Shown here: positions 1 to 9,499 of the stretch, piece by piece
Layout of the letters: every line of letters begins with the position of its first letter
How positions within the stretch are numbered: the first letter of the stretch is position 1
NCBI GenBank assembly: GCA_046735295.1
Contig: JBKPTA010000006.1
Span: 26,074-90,073 of the forward strand
Origin: Actinomycetota bacterium
GTDB taxonomy: Bacteria > Actinomycetota > Actinomycetes > Propionibacteriales > Nocardioidaceae
DNA length: 64,000 nt
Direction of reading: 5' to 3'
Made by a program: the position numbers and the translations under genes
The notes under the pieces: model-generated
What the model saw: only the letters and a program-made list of their open reading frames with translations
The model's database searches: none
What the model was told of the DNA's origin: nothing

Positions 1-252
1 GTCTGCGCGGAGCTGGCGCCAGCCCTCCTGCAGCTCGGCCGGCTCGCCGGACCTGATCAGCAGCCGCACCGGATGACGGCGGTCGAGCTCGGCCTCGACG
101 TACCCGGTGACCTCGACCTCGTTCACGACCAGGTTGGTCACCAGGCCGTCGATCACGGCGTCCTGCATGACCACGCCGATCAGCCGCGCCCGGCTGAGGT
201 CGCACTCGCGGAACTCGGCACCCTGCATGTCCTCGTCCAGGAAGCGTTGCAT
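1..252 (-). CDS. pentapeptide-repeat-containing protein, N-terminal part (gene runs out of the window)
   Basis: My own minus-strand translation from ATG (complement of 250-252) gives MQRFLDEDMQGAEFRECDLSRARLIGVVMQDAVIDGLVTNLVVNEVEVTGYVEAELDRRHPVRLL..., open to base 1. The A(D/N)LxG-like pentapeptide periodicity is visible. It is absent from the ORF track because it is truncated by the window edge. Confidence 0.5.
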   Translation of the reverse strand, partial: MQRFLDEDMQGAEFRECDLSRARLIGVVMQDAVIDGLVTNLVVNEVEVTGYVEAELDRRHPVRLLIRSGEPAELQEGWRQLRAD

Positions 253-378
253 GCACCGCACGCTATGCCCGTCGACCGACAGACCGTCCGGCGTGCGCGC
301 GAGCCCGCCGTCGCTCGCTGCGGTGGTCCGCCCGGCTTGTCGGTCGGACCGTCCTCGCTCGGATGCCAGGATGGCGAC

Positions 379-1230
379 GTGCGCTTCCTGTCCATCCAGT
401 CGTTCGTCGCCTACGGCCACGTCGGGAGCTCCGCCGCCACGTTCCCCCTGCAGCGGCTCGGGCACGAGGTGTGGGCAGTGCCGACGGTCGTGTTCTCCAA
501 CCACACGGGGTACGGCGCGTGGCGCGGACCATTGCTCCGTGCGGACGACGTACGCGCGGTCGTCACGGGGATCGAGGAACGCGGTGTCCTCCCGACCTGC
601 GACGCCGTGCTGTCGGGCTACCTCGGAGGACCCGACATCTGCGACGTGGTGGTCGACGCCGTCGAGCGGGTGAAGAAGGCCAACCCGGAGGCGACCTACA
701 CCTGCGACCCCGTGATCGGGAACGCGACCCGCGGCTGCTTCGTCGACCCCGCGATCCCGCCCGTCCTCCGCGAGCACGTCGTGCCGCACGCGGACGTCAT
801 CACGCCGAACCAGTTCGAGCTGGGATTCCTCACCGGGACCGCGCCGGACAGTCTCCAGTCGACGCTGGCGTCAGCCGACGCGGCGCTGGCGATGGGGCCG
901 TCCACGGTGCTCGTCACGTCGGTGCTCCGACCCGACCGCCCCGACGACACGGTCGAGATGCTGGCCGTCTCCGGCGACGGCGCCTGGAGCGTGCGGACGC
1001 CGCTGCTGCCGATCGCGGCGAACGGGTCCGGCGACCTGACGTCGGCTCTCTTCACGGCGCACCTGCGCACGACCGGCTCCCCCGCCGAGGCGCTCGCACG
1101 CACGGCGTCCTCGGTGATCGGCGTCCTCCGGGTGACGATCGCCTCGGGCGAGCCAGAGCTCCAGATCGTGAACGGCCAGGACGCCATCGCCTCGCCGACC
1201 GACGAGTTCGCCGTCGAGCAGGTCCGCTGA
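379..1230 (+). CDS. pdxY: pyridoxal kinase
   Basis: In the frame of ORF 73..1230, PdxY-like sequence starts at GTG 379 (VRFLSIQSFVAYGHVGSSAATFPLQRLGHEVWAVPTVVFSNHTGYG...). The upstream part of the ORF overlaps the minus-strand gene at 1-252. Confidence 0.85.
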   Translation: MRFLSIQSFVAYGHVGSSAATFPLQRLGHEVWAVPTVVFSNHTGYGAWRGPLLRADDVRAVVTGIEERGVLPTCDAVLSGYLGGPDICDVVVDAVERVKKANPEATYTCDPVIGNATRGCFVDPAIPPVLREHVVPHADVITPNQFELGFLTGTAPDSLQSTLASADAALAMGPSTVLVTSVLRPDRPDDTVEMLAVSGDGAWSVRTPLLPIAANGSGDLTSALFTAHLRTTGSPAEALARTASSVIGVLRVTIASGEPELQIVNGQDAIASPTDEFAVEQVR

Positions 1231-1243
1231 GAGGTCGAAGCCG

Positions 1244-1316
1244 AGCCGGTGACAGGAATCGAACCCGCGACATCCTCTTTACAAGAGAGGCGCTCTACCG
1301 TCTGAGCTACACCGGC
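1244..1316 (-). tRNA. tRNA-Thr (anticodon UGU)
   Basis: The reverse complement GCCGGTGTAGCTCAGACGGTAGAGCGCCTCTCTTGTAAAGAGGATGTCGCGGGTTCGATTCCTGTCACCGGCT folds as a cloverleaf. It has a 7-bp acceptor stem GCCGGTG/CACCGGC, D-stem GCTC/GAGC, anticodon stem CCTCT/AGAGG with loop CTTGTAA, and T-loop TTCGATT. No CCA is encoded. Confidence 0.9.
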
Positions 1317-1374
1317 GCGCCGCCCGAGTGGGTCCTGCGAGCGGCCGGGTCAGCCTAACGAGACCCGTTCGGGA

Positions 1375-2280
1375 TCACCCAGCCAGGAACGACTCCACCG
1401 AACGCCGGACACCGGCGCCATCGAGGCCGTGTGCGCGCTGGTGCTCGGCCGGGGTGCCGTAGTGACGCAGCTCCGTGCGGCGGGTGCCGAGCGACAGCAG
1501 GCGATGCGGGACGTCGCGGAGGGCGTCGGCGACGACGCGGGCGGACGTACCGGCCAGCCACGGCTCCACCAGCACCACGTCCGGCGTCGTCAGGACCGCT
1601 CGGAGCGTCGTCGCGTCGAAAGGCCGGACGCTGTGGGCGTAGAGCACGGTCACGTCGCGGTCCGAGGTCGCGGCGAGCACCTCGTCCAGGACCGGCCCGA
1701 GCGCGACCACCGTCGCGCCGGCGCCCCGGCGTACGACGTGCAGCCCGGGCCCGGCGAAGGACTCGCTGTTGGTCTGCCCGACGATGCGCACGTAGTGCAG
1801 GCCGTCGTCCGCGACGGCGCGGCGCAGCACCGCGTCCACCTCCGCCGCGGTCCCGGGAGCGTGGATGACGGCCCCGGGCAGCGTGTCCACGAGCGCGACG
1901 TCGCCGGGGACCTGGTGGGTCCGGCCGGAGTCCGCCGCGTCGAACGAGCCGCCGCCTCCGACCAGCACCCCTCCCACGCCCTGGTGCGGGAACCCCAGCT
2001 TGACCTGCTCGAAAGCCCGCTCCACGAGGAACGTGCCGAACGAGTGCACGACCGGACGCAGGCCGGTCAGGGCCATCCCGGCCGCGACGTTCACCATGAG
2101 CTGCTCGCGGATCCCCACGTTGACGACGCGCTCGGGGTGACGCCGCTCGGCTTCGACGAAGAAGCGGGCCGAGATCTCGGCGTACACCAGCGCCGTGGAG
2201 AGGTCCTCATCGAGCAGGTCGGTCACCGTGCGGCCGAACTGGGTGCGCGGGTCACGGACCAGCGCCGTGGTCGCGGTCAT
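1375..2280 (-). CDS. transketolase, C-terminal (pyrimidine-binding) subunit
   Basis: The tail of ORF 1375..2754 from MTATTALVRDPRTQFGRTVTDLL... (...VNVGIREQLMVNVAAGMALTGLRPVVHSFGTFL...) looks like a split-transketolase B subunit. Its ATG overlaps the upstream stop in an ATGA arrangement. Confidence 0.85.
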   Translation of the reverse strand: MTATTALVRDPRTQFGRTVTDLLDEDLSTALVYAEISARFFVEAERRHPERVVNVGIREQLMVNVAAGMALTGLRPVVHSFGTFLVERAFEQVKLGFPHQGVGGVLVGGGGSFDAADSGRTHQVPGDVALVDTLPGAVIHAPGTAAEVDAVLRRAVADDGLHYVRIVGQTNSESFAGPGLHVVRRGAGATVVALGPVLDEVLAATSDRDVTVLYAHSVRPFDATTLRAVLTTPDVVLVEPWLAGTSARVVADALRDVPHRLLSLGTRRTELRHYGTPAEHQRAHGLDGAGVRRSVESFLAG

Positions 2281-2921
2281 GCGGCCGCCTCCTCGTCGAG
2301 CACCGTGGCCACGACGACGTTCGGGACGCCGACCTGCCGCTCGGTCAATGCCTTCTCGAGGGCGTCGTGGTCGCGTCCCTCGACGGTGGCCACGTGCCAT
2401 CCCTCCGTGGCGAACCGTTCTGCGATCCGGCCGGGGACGACGTAGCTGGTGCTGCGGTTGTCCACGACGACCACCGTCAGGGCGTCCAGGCCGAGCGCCG
2501 GAGCCAGCTCGAGGGCTTCGTGGTTCGAGCCCTCGTCGAGCTCTGCGTCTCCCACCAGCACCACGACGCGGGAGTCGATCGCCTGCGCCCGCAGTCCCAA
2601 CGCGACGCCGAGGCCGAGTGGAAGACCGTGGCCGAGCGAGCCGGACGAGATCTCGACCCCGGGCACGAGGTTGCGGTCGGGATGGTGTCCGAGGGGTGAG
2701 TCGAAGGTCGCCCAGGACTCGAGCCAGGACTCCGGGAAGAAGCCGCGGTCGCACAGCACCGCGTAGTACGCCATCGGGCCGTGTCCCTTGGAGAGCAGGA
2801 AACGGTCGCGTCGCAGGTCGTCGACCGTCTCCGGCGAGACGTCGAGCACGTGCTCGTACAGCACGCGGAGCACGTCGAGGGTGGAGTACGACGCGAGGTC
2901 GTGCTTCTCGTCACCCGTCAT
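2277..2921 (-). CDS. transketolase, N-terminal (TPP-binding) subunit
   Basis: ORF 2277..2966 contains ...FLLSKGHGPMAYYAVL...GSLGHGLPLGLGVAL...VVLVGDAELDEGSNHEAL.... The start is placed at MTGDEKHD (2921) because the predicted promoter -10 lies at 2958-2963. Confidence 0.8.
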   Translation of the reverse strand: MTGDEKHDLASYSTLDVLRVLYEHVLDVSPETVDDLRRDRFLLSKGHGPMAYYAVLCDRGFFPESWLESWATFDSPLGHHPDRNLVPGVEISSGSLGHGLPLGLGVALGLRAQAIDSRVVVLVGDAELDEGSNHEALELAPALGLDALTVVVVDNRSTSYVVPGRIAERFATEGWHVATVEGRDHDALEKALTERQVGVPNVVVATVLDEEAAA

Positions 2922-2957
2922 CAGCGACAGCAGCCGTGAGATGTTGTCCACGACCCC

Positions 2958-2988
2958 ATTGCACAAGTTGAAGTGAACTTCAGGTCAA
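2958..2988 (-). promoter_or_regulatory. SoxR-box-type promoter with a 19-bp spacer driving the transketolase operon
   Basis: The minus strand reads TTGACC-tgaagttcacttcaacttg-TGCAAT, i.e. -35 TTGACC, a 19-nt spacer and -10 TGCAAT. The spacer carries the palindrome TGAAGT-tc-ACTTCA, close to the canonical SoxR box CCTCAAGTTAACTTGAGG. It lies directly between the divergent soxR and the transketolase genes. Confidence 0.55.
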
Positions 2989-2991
2989 GGC

Positions 2992-3438
2992 ATGCTCGGA
3001 GACGTGACCGAGCTCACGATCGGCGAGCTGTCCGAGCGCTCCGGTGTCGCTCCCAGCGCGATCCGCTACTACGAGCACCGCGGCCTGGTCTGGTCGAGGC
3101 GTACGACGGGCAACCAGCGGCGCTACGAGCGGCCCATGCTGCGGCGCCTGGCCTTCATCCGCACGGCCCAGCGAGTCGGTCTCTCCCTGGAGGAGATCGA
3201 GGCCGCCCTGGCGACGCTCCCGAGCAACCGGACGCCGACGAAGGCGGACTGGAGCCGGCTGAGCCGCGGCTGGCGGCCGCTCCTGGACACGAGGATCGCC
3301 CAGCTCGAGCGGCTGCGTGACACCCTCGACTCGTGCATCGGCTGCGGCTGCCTGAGCCTGAAGACGTGCCGCCTCAGCAACCCCGATGACCTGGTCGCGC
3401 CGCGCGGGCCGGGGCCGGTGCTCCTCGACGGCCGCTGA
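2992..3438 (+). CDS. soxR: redox-sensitive MerR-family regulator SoxR
   Basis: The N-terminal MerR HTH (LTIGELSERSGVAPSAIRYYEHRGL) and the C-terminal [2Fe-2S] motif CIGCGCLSLKTCRLSNP are both present. Confidence 0.9.
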   Translation: MLGDVTELTIGELSERSGVAPSAIRYYEHRGLVWSRRTTGNQRRYERPMLRRLAFIRTAQRVGLSLEEIEAALATLPSNRTPTKADWSRLSRGWRPLLDTRIAQLERLRDTLDSCIGCGCLSLKTCRLSNPDDLVAPRGPGPVLLDGR

Positions 3439-3463
3439 CCGACCTCTCGCTAGCCTGGCGTCC

Positions 3464-4717
3464 ATGGCGCTGCACATCGTCGCCAGCCGGGCGGACCCCG
3501 CCCTCGTGGGCCTGCCCTGGGACACCCCGCTCGCCGAGTGGTCGGAGGAGTACGTCGTCCCACTCCCCCGCGGCCTGAGCCGGCACATCGTGCGGATCGT
3601 GCGCCTCGGCGACCGGACGTTCGCGATCAAGGAGACCCAGGAGGAGGTCGCCTTCCGCGAGTACCGCCTGCTCCGCGACCTCCAGCGCCTCGGGCTGCCG
3701 GCGGTCAAGCCGGTCGGCGTCGTGACCGGCCGTGAGGACGACCACGACCGGGACCTGCCGTGCGCCCTGCTCACCGAGCACCTCGCGTTCTCGCTCCCCT
3801 ATCGCGCGCTGTTCGCGCACGGGACGTCGGCCGAGAGCCTGCCCAGCCTGGTCGACGCCCTGGTCGTGCTCATGGTGCGCCTGCACCTCGCCGACTTCTT
3901 CTGGGGTGACGTCTCGCTGTCGAACGTCCTGTTCCGCCGCAGCGCCGGCGGCTTCGCGGCGTACCTCGTCGACGCAGAGACCGGCGAGCTGCGGTCGACG
4001 CTGTCGCGGCAGATGCGCGAGTACGACGTCGAGGTCGGCTGCGAGAACGTCTTCGCCGAGCTGCTCGACCTCCAGGCATGGGGACGGATCAGTCCCAACG
4101 TCGAAGGGGACGAGATCGTCGCCATGATCCAGCAGCGCTACGACGACCTCTGGAACGAGCTGACCAAGGAGGAGGAGTTCACCACCGACGAGATGTGGCG
4201 GATCGAGGAGCGCATCGAGCGTCTCAACGAGCTCGGGTTCGACGTCGACGAGCTGGACATCGTCACCGACTTCGACGGTGACCGGGTGCGCATCCAGCCC
4301 AAGGCGGTCGAGGCGGGTCACCACCAGCGCGAGCTCCAGGCACTGACCGGTCTGTCCGTCGAGGACGGCCAGGCCTGCCGTCTCCTCAACGACATGAAGG
4401 CGTTCATCGCCTACTACGACCTCGGTCGGGAGGACCGGGCGATCGCCGCGAACCGGTGGCTCACCGAGGTGTTCGAGCCCGTGACGGCGATGGTGCCGCC
4501 GGAGGCGCGCAGCAAGCTCGAACCGGCCGAGGTCTTCCACGAGATCCTCGTGCACCGGTGGTACCTCTCCGAGCGGGCAGGGCGCGAGATCGGGATCTTC
4601 GAGACCGCCCGTGACTACATCGACCACGTCCTCAGCGGCAAGCCGGACGAGCTGGTGACCGCGGACGCCGACGTACCCGCGCTGCCCGACGAGGACCAGG
4701 ACGCCTCGGTGCTGTAG
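3464..4717 (+). CDS. DUF4032 / lipopolysaccharide-kinase-like domain protein
   Basis: In the frame of ORF 3386..4717, the start is taken at MALHIVASR (ATG 3464). It reads RHIVRIVRLGDRTFAIKETQEEVAFREYRLLRDLQRLGLPAV...FWGDVSLSNVLFRRSAGGFAAYLVDAET, which is kinase-like. The family assignment is from memory. Confidence 0.65.
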   Translation: MALHIVASRADPALVGLPWDTPLAEWSEEYVVPLPRGLSRHIVRIVRLGDRTFAIKETQEEVAFREYRLLRDLQRLGLPAVKPVGVVTGREDDHDRDLPCALLTEHLAFSLPYRALFAHGTSAESLPSLVDALVVLMVRLHLADFFWGDVSLSNVLFRRSAGGFAAYLVDAETGELRSTLSRQMREYDVEVGCENVFAELLDLQAWGRISPNVEGDEIVAMIQQRYDDLWNELTKEEEFTTDEMWRIEERIERLNELGFDVDELDIVTDFDGDRVRIQPKAVEAGHHQRELQALTGLSVEDGQACRLLNDMKAFIAYYDLGREDRAIAANRWLTEVFEPVTAMVPPEARSKLEPAEVFHEILVHRWYLSERAGREIGIFETARDYIDHVLSGKPDELVTADADVPALPDEDQDASVL

Positions 4718-4726
4718 TCGGGGTCG

Positions 4727-5932
4727 TCAGCGGAGGAGGTCGCGGCCGATGACCATCCGCTGGATCTGGTTGGTGCCCTCGAAGATCTGCATCACCTTCG
4801 CGTCCCGGAACAACCGTTCGACCGGGTACTCCCGGGTGTAGCCGTTACCCCCCAGCACCTGGATCGCGTCGGTCGTGACTCGCATCGCGGCGTCGCTCGC
4901 GGTGAGCTTGGCGATGCTCGCCTGCCGGCTGAACGGTCGGCCCGCATCCTTGCGCCGGGCGGCGTCCAGGTACGTCGCTCGGGCGCGCTCGACGTCCGCG
5001 GCCATGTCGGCGAGGAGGAACTGCAGGCCCTGCTGCTCGCCGATCCTCTTCCCGAACTGCTCCCGCTCGCCGGCGTACGCCACGGCGTGGGCGAGCGCAG
5101 CCTGGGCGATGCCCGTGGCGACGGCCGCGATGCCGAGTCGGCCGGCGTCGAGGGCCGCGAGGGCGATCCGCATCCCGGCCCCCTCCTGGCCGACGAGCTG
5201 AGCGGCCGGGATGCGCGCACCGTCGAACACGACCTGCGTGGTGACGTCGCAGGCCAGCCCCATCTTCTTCTCGGGCGCACCGAACGTCATCCCCTCGGTG
5301 TCGCCCGGGACGACCAACGCCGAGAGCCCCCGCTTGGCGTCCTCCGACGTCCGCGCGAACAGGATGTAGTAGTCGGCGCACGAGCCGTTGCTGGTCCATG
5401 CCTTCGTGCCGTGCACGACGTACTCGGCGGCAGGTCCGGAGCCGGTCGCAGGGTCGAGCACGGCACGTGTCCGGATGCCGCTCACGTCGGAACCGGCCTG
5501 CGGCTCGGAGAGGCAGTAGGCACCGAGCCAGTCACCGCTGAGCATCCGCGGGAGCCATTCCTGCTTGAGCTCGTCACTGCCGTTGCTTGCGACGACGTTC
5601 GCGGTCAGGCCGTGGACGCTGACGCCCACCCCGACACTCGGCCACGCGGTCGCGATCTCCTCGACGACCTGGAGGTACACCTGGTAGGGCTGCCCACCGC
5701 CACCGTACTGCTCGGGGAACGGCAGGCTCAGCAGCCCGGACTTGCCGAGCAGGCGGTACGCCGCCTCCGGGAACTCGCCTCGCTCCTCCGCCTCGTGGAC
5801 CTGCGGTGCGAGCTCCCTGCTGGCGATCTCCCGGGTCAGCTCGAGCAACGCCTCCGCGACCCCGTCGTCGTCGCCCGGGAGCAGGCGGTCCACCGTCGTA
5901 CCCACTCGGCCGATGATGCCACCTCGTGACAC
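4727..5932 (-). CDS. acyl-CoA dehydrogenase family protein
   Basis: Typical ACAD motifs are present: ...[21 protein letters not shown]...WTSNG...[19 protein letters not shown]. Confidence 0.85.
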   Translation of the reverse strand: MSRGGIIGRVGTTVDRLLPGDDDGVAEALLELTREIASRELAPQVHEAEERGEFPEAAYRLLGKSGLLSLPFPEQYGGGGQPYQVYLQVVEEIATAWPSVGVGVSVHGLTANVVASNGSDELKQEWLPRMLSGDWLGAYCLSEPQAGSDVSGIRTRAVLDPATGSGPAAEYVVHGTKAWTSNGSCADYYILFARTSEDAKRGLSALVVPGDTEGMTFGAPEKKMGLACDVTTQVVFDGARIPAAQLVGQEGAGMRIALAALDAGRLGIAAVATGIAQAALAHAVAYAGEREQFGKRIGEQQGLQFLLADMAADVERARATYLDAARRKDAGRPFSRQASIAKLTASDAAMRVTTDAIQVLGGNGYTREYPVERLFRDAKVMQIFEGTNQIQRMVIGRDLLR

Positions 5933-6058
5933 CTTCCCCCCATCCGGCGCCGAACCGTCACAGCCCGACCCGAGGTCGCGTCACGCGACAAGGCCCGACC
6001 TGCGGCTGCCGCCGTCCGGCGCCGGTCCGGCGCGATCCTCGCTGACGAGATCCTGAGG

Positions 6059-7009
6059 TCAGCGATGGCGGGAGAGCGCGTAGAGCGTGATGGAGGCGGC
6101 GACGCCGGCGTTGAGGGACTCCAGGGAGGACGACATCGGGATCGCGACGAGACGGTCGCAGGTCTCACCCACCAGGCGGCCCAGACCGTCGCCCTCGGAG
6201 CCGACCACGACGACCAGGGGGCCGGAGGCGAGGTCCGGGTCCTCGAGCAGGTCGGGGAGGGACAGGTCGCCGTCGGCGGCCAGACCGACCACCTGACAGC
6301 CGGCGTCCTGGAAGTCCTTGAGCGTGCGCACGAGGTTCGTGACCCGGGCGACCGGGATGCGCGCAGCCGCGCCAGCCGACGTCTTCCACGCGGCGGCGGT
6401 CATCCGGGCAGCCCGCCGCTCCGGGATGACGACCCCGTGTGCGCCGAAGCCGGCCGCCGAGCGGACGACGGCGCCGAGGTTGCGCGGGTCGGTGACGGAG
6501 TCGAGGGCGACGACGAGGGGTGCCTCGTCGCGATCGGCAGCCGCTGCCAGGAGCTCCTCGGGACGGGCGTACTCGTAGGCCGGGATCCTCGCCGCCAGGC
6601 CCTGGTGCATCGCCCCGTCCGTACGCCGGTCCAGCTCGGCCTTGGTGACCTCGAGCAGCGAGATGCCGTTCTCGGCTGCGATCTTGAACGCCTCGCGCAC
6701 GCGTCCGTCGCGCTCTGCCCCCTCCGCGACGTACAGGCCGCTCACCGGTACGCCGGCCCGCAACGCCTCGACGACGGCGTTCCGCCCCGCGACCCACTCG
6801 TCGTCGCTGCTGGAACGACGCTTGGGTCGGCGGGACGGCTCACGCTCGGCCTTCGCCTTCAGCTTGTGCGCCTTGTGGTGGGGCCGGTCCACCGCCTTCG
6901 GCGTCGGTCCCTTCCCCTCCAGGCCGCGCCGGACCCGCCCGCCGGACCCGGCGGTCGGACGCTTCGACGTCTTCCGGATCGCGCCCCTCCGCTGGCTGTT
7001 GCCCGGCAT
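6059..7009 (-). CDS. rlmB: 23S rRNA (guanosine-2'-O)-methyltransferase RlmB (SpoU/TrmH family)
   Basis: The C-terminal 316 aa of ORF 6059..8182 from MPGNSQRRG has a Lys/Arg-rich N-tail, then ...LDSVTDPRNLGAVVRSAAGFGAHGVVIPERR...VVGSEGDGLGRLV...IPMSSSLESLNAGVAASITLY. Its start overlaps the cysS stop (TGATG). Confidence 0.85.
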   Translation of the reverse strand: MPGNSQRRGAIRKTSKRPTAGSGGRVRRGLEGKGPTPKAVDRPHHKAHKLKAKAEREPSRRPKRRSSSDDEWVAGRNAVVEALRAGVPVSGLYVAEGAERDGRVREAFKIAAENGISLLEVTKAELDRRTDGAMHQGLAARIPAYEYARPEELLAAAADRDEAPLVVALDSVTDPRNLGAVVRSAAGFGAHGVVIPERRAARMTAAAWKTSAGAAARIPVARVTNLVRTLKDFQDAGCQVVGLAADGDLSLPDLLEDPDLASGPLVVVVGSEGDGLGRLVGETCDRLVAIPMSSSLESLNAGVAASITLYALSRHR

Positions 7010-8445
7010 CAGGCCCGGCCCTCCGTCAACGTCCACTTCGGCCCGTCGGGGGTGTCCTCGACGGCGATGCCGGCGGCCGCGATGCGGTCGCGGATCGCGT
7101 CTGCCCGTGCCCAGTCCTTCTCGGCTCGCGCGCTCTCGCGCTCCTCGAGCAGACCGGCCACGAGCGCGTCGACAGCGGCCGACAGCGGGGCGTCGTCCGA
7201 CCGGCCGAGCGACCCCCAGCTCGGATCGTGCGGATCCAGGCCGAGCACGCGCAGCATCGCCAGTGTCGACGCCAGGCTGCCCCGGACGGCCGCCCGGTTT
7301 CCCGCGGTCAGGTGTTTGTTGCCCTCCGTGACGACCTCGTGGATCGCCGCGACGGCCGCCGGCGTCCCCAGGTCGTCGTCCATCGCGCCGACGAAGTCCG
7401 CGCACATCATGCCGTCGTCCGGCACCTCGCCGACGGTCTGCTCCGCCCGCTGGAGGAACGACTCGATCCGCCGGAACGCCGCCGCCGCGTCGTCCAACGC
7501 CTCGAACGAGAACTCCACCGTCGAGCGGTAGTGAGCCGAGACCATGTAGAAGCGGAGCTCGATGCCGCGGACCCGCTCGAGCACGGACGGGACCAGCAGC
7601 GAGTTGCCGAGCGACTTCGACATCTTCTCGCCCGAGGTGGTGATCCACGCGTTGTGGAGCCAGTACGACGCGAACTGCTGCCCGGCCGCCCGCGACTGCG
7701 CCATCTCGTTCTCGTGGTGCGGGAAGCGCAGGTCGACGCCGCCGCCATGGATGTCGAACGCCGTGCCCAGGTACTTCGCCGCCATCGCCGAGCACTCGAT
7801 GTGCCAGCCGGGTCTCCCGGGCCCGTAGGGCGACGGCCATGCCGCCGTCTCGGGCTCCAGAGCCTTCTTCCAGCCCTTCCACAGTGCGAAGTCGCGTGGA
7901 TCGCGCTTCCCGCGCGGATCGGCGTCCTCGGCAGGCTCCATGTCGTCGACCTTCTGCCGGGTCAGCTCGCCGTACGCCGGCCAGGAGCGCACGTCGAAGT
8001 AGACGTCCCCGGAGCCGTCGTCCGCCGAGTAGGCGTGGCCCCGCCCGACCAGCTGCCCGATCAGGTCGAGGATCTCCGGCACGTGACCGGTCGCCGCCGG
8101 CTCGTAGGTCGGCGGCAGCACGTTGATCGCGTCCAGCGCACGGTCGAGCTCGCGACCCATCAAGTACGCGATCTCGAACCACGGCCGCCCCGACGCCTCA
8201 CCCTTCGCCAGGATCTTGTCGTCGATGTCGGTGATGTTGCGGATGAACGTGACGTCGTATCCCGACGCCGCCAGCCACCGCCGGAGCACGTCGAAGTTCA
8301 CCGCGGAGCGGAGGTGCCCGACGTGCGGCTCGCTCTGCACCGTCAGCCCGCAGACGTAGATCCCAGCCCTGCCTGCCTCGAGCGGGACGAAGTCGCGGAC
8401 CTCGCGGGTCGCGGTGTCGTGGAGCCGGAGAGTCACGGGCCCCAT
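7009..8445 (-). CDS. cysS: cysteine--tRNA ligase
   Basis: The HIGH motif ([11 protein letters not shown]) and KMSKS motif ([11 protein letters not shown]) are present, and the protein is full-length CysS-like. Confidence 0.95.
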   Translation of the reverse strand: MGPVTLRLHDTATREVRDFVPLEAGRAGIYVCGLTVQSEPHVGHLRSAVNFDVLRRWLAASGYDVTFIRNITDIDDKILAKGEASGRPWFEIAYLMGRELDRALDAINVLPPTYEPAATGHVPEILDLIGQLVGRGHAYSADDGSGDVYFDVRSWPAYGELTRQKVDDMEPAEDADPRGKRDPRDFALWKGWKKALEPETAAWPSPYGPGRPGWHIECSAMAAKYLGTAFDIHGGGVDLRFPHHENEMAQSRAAGQQFASYWLHNAWITTSGEKMSKSLGNSLLVPSVLERVRGIELRFYMVSAHYRSTVEFSFEALDDAAAAFRRIESFLQRAEQTVGEVPDDGMMCADFVGAMDDDLGTPAAVAAIHEVVTEGNKHLTAGNRAAVRGSLASTLAMLRVLGLDPHDPSWGSLGRSDDAPLSAAVDALVAGLLEERESARAEKDWARADAIRDRIAAAGIAVEDTPDGPKWTLTEGRA

Positions 8446-8536
8446 CGTAGGTGCGAGCGGGAACGCGAGGCACGGCGGAGCGGCGGCCCCGAGCGCCGCA
8501 CGGGCTGGCTCGGTGGCGACCCTCTAGGCTCGCCGC

Positions 8537-9499
8537 GTGGCTCGCCGCATCCGGTACGACGCGTGGTCGCCGGGGGACGGGCACACCTGGACGACGCCCT
8601 GGTGCGAGCCCGGCTTCACCTTCACCGAGCTGGTGGCATCGTGGTCGGCCAGCACTCCGCGGCGTACCTGGATCGAGATCGCTGCTCAGGCCCGCGGCAC
8701 ACGCACCTGGCACGTCCTCGGGCGCTGGGCCTCGGGTGCACGGGCACGGCACCGCACCAGCGTGACCGGCGATCCTGAGGTGGACACCGACATCTGGCGA
8801 CCGCACGGCGGTGCGAACGCCTACCGGTTGCGGATCTCGCGGCTCGGCTCGGGCTCCGCTCGGCCGCAGCTGCACACCCTGGGGGCGGTGGTCAGCGCGG
8901 GCGGGGTGCGGACGACGACGTCGTCACCGCTCCGGCGAAGGGAACGGATCCTCGACGTCCCCCGTCTCTCCCAGATGACGTGGAAAGAGGTCGGCGGCGC
9001 CGGGTGGTGCTCGCCCACAGCGGTCTCGATGGTGCTCGCGCAGGCCGGCAGGCTGCCACCGGGCACCGACATCCCGCGTGCCGCGGCCGAGGTCATGGAC
9101 CCCGCGTACGACGACGGCACGGGCAACTGGCCCTTCAACACCGCGTGGGCGGCCACTCTGGCCGGTCACGCCTTCGTCACCCGGCTGCGCGACCTCCGCG
9201 ACGCCGAGCGGTTCGTCGACGCCGGGATCCCGCTGGTCGCGTCCGTCGCCTACGCGCCCGGGGCGTTGGCCGGCGCCCCGACGCTCGGCACGGACGGGCA
9301 CCTGGTCGTGATCCGCGGCTTCACGGCGGACGGTCGCGTCGTCGCCAACGACCCGGCGGCCGCGACCGAGCGCAGCGTGCGACGCACCTACCACCGGGGC
9401 CAGTTCGAGCGCGCCTGGCTCGACGGCTCGGGCGGCCTGGTCTACGTCATCCGGACCGACGACCGACCCCTGCCCTCGGGAAGCCGGGGTGCCTGGTGA
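8537..9499 (+). CDS. peptidase C39-like family protein
   Basis: 320-aa ORF with a GTG start. The C-terminal half (GWCSPTAVSMVLAQAG...GNWPFNTAWAA...LVASVAY...GHLVVIRGF) looks like a C39-like cysteine peptidase fold with candidate Cys and His residues. Confidence 0.6.
   Translation: MARRIRYDAWSPGDGHTWTTPWCEPGFTFTELVASWSASTPRRTWIEIAAQARGTRTWHVLGRWASGARARHRTSVTGDPEVDTDIWRPHGGANAYRLRISRLGSGSARPQLHTLGAVVSAGGVRTTTSSPLRRRERILDVPRLSQMTWKEVGGAGWCSPTAVSMVLAQAGRLPPGTDIPRAAAEVMDPAYDDGTGNWPFNTAWAATLAGHAFVTRLRDLRDAERFVDAGIPLVASVAYAPGALAGAPTLGTDGHLVVIRGFTADGRVVANDPAAATERSVRRTYHRGQFERAWLDGSGGLVYVIRTDDRPLPSGSRGAW

Noticed and set aside
73-378. N-terminal 102-aa extension of the pdxY ORF
   Set aside because: PdxY-like sequence begins at GTG 379. 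The extension overlaps a better-supported minus-strand pentapeptide-repeat gene and looks non-protein-like.
1244-1316. tRNA-Thr as an integration site for a genomic island
   Set aside because: There is no integrase, no direct repeat of the tRNA 3' end, and no compositional shift nearby. The flanking genes (pdxY, transketolase) look like ordinary chromosomal genes.
3374-4627. Long antisense or off-frame ORFs (for example 3374-4627 minus, 20121-22268 minus, 30823-33177 minus, 47529-49874 minus, 59723-61462 minus, 16270-18240 upstream part)
   Set aside because: Their translations are Arg/Pro/Gly/Ala-rich and low in complexity, with no domain motifs. They lie opposite or out of frame to genes with clear homology. 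These are typical shadow ORFs of high-GC DNA, where stop codons are rare.
6059-8182. A 707-aa ORF spanning rlmB and most of cysS
   Set aside because: Only the last 316 aa (from MPGNSQRRG) look like a protein (SpoU methyltransferase). The upstream part is an Arg-rich read-through in an alternative frame of cysS.
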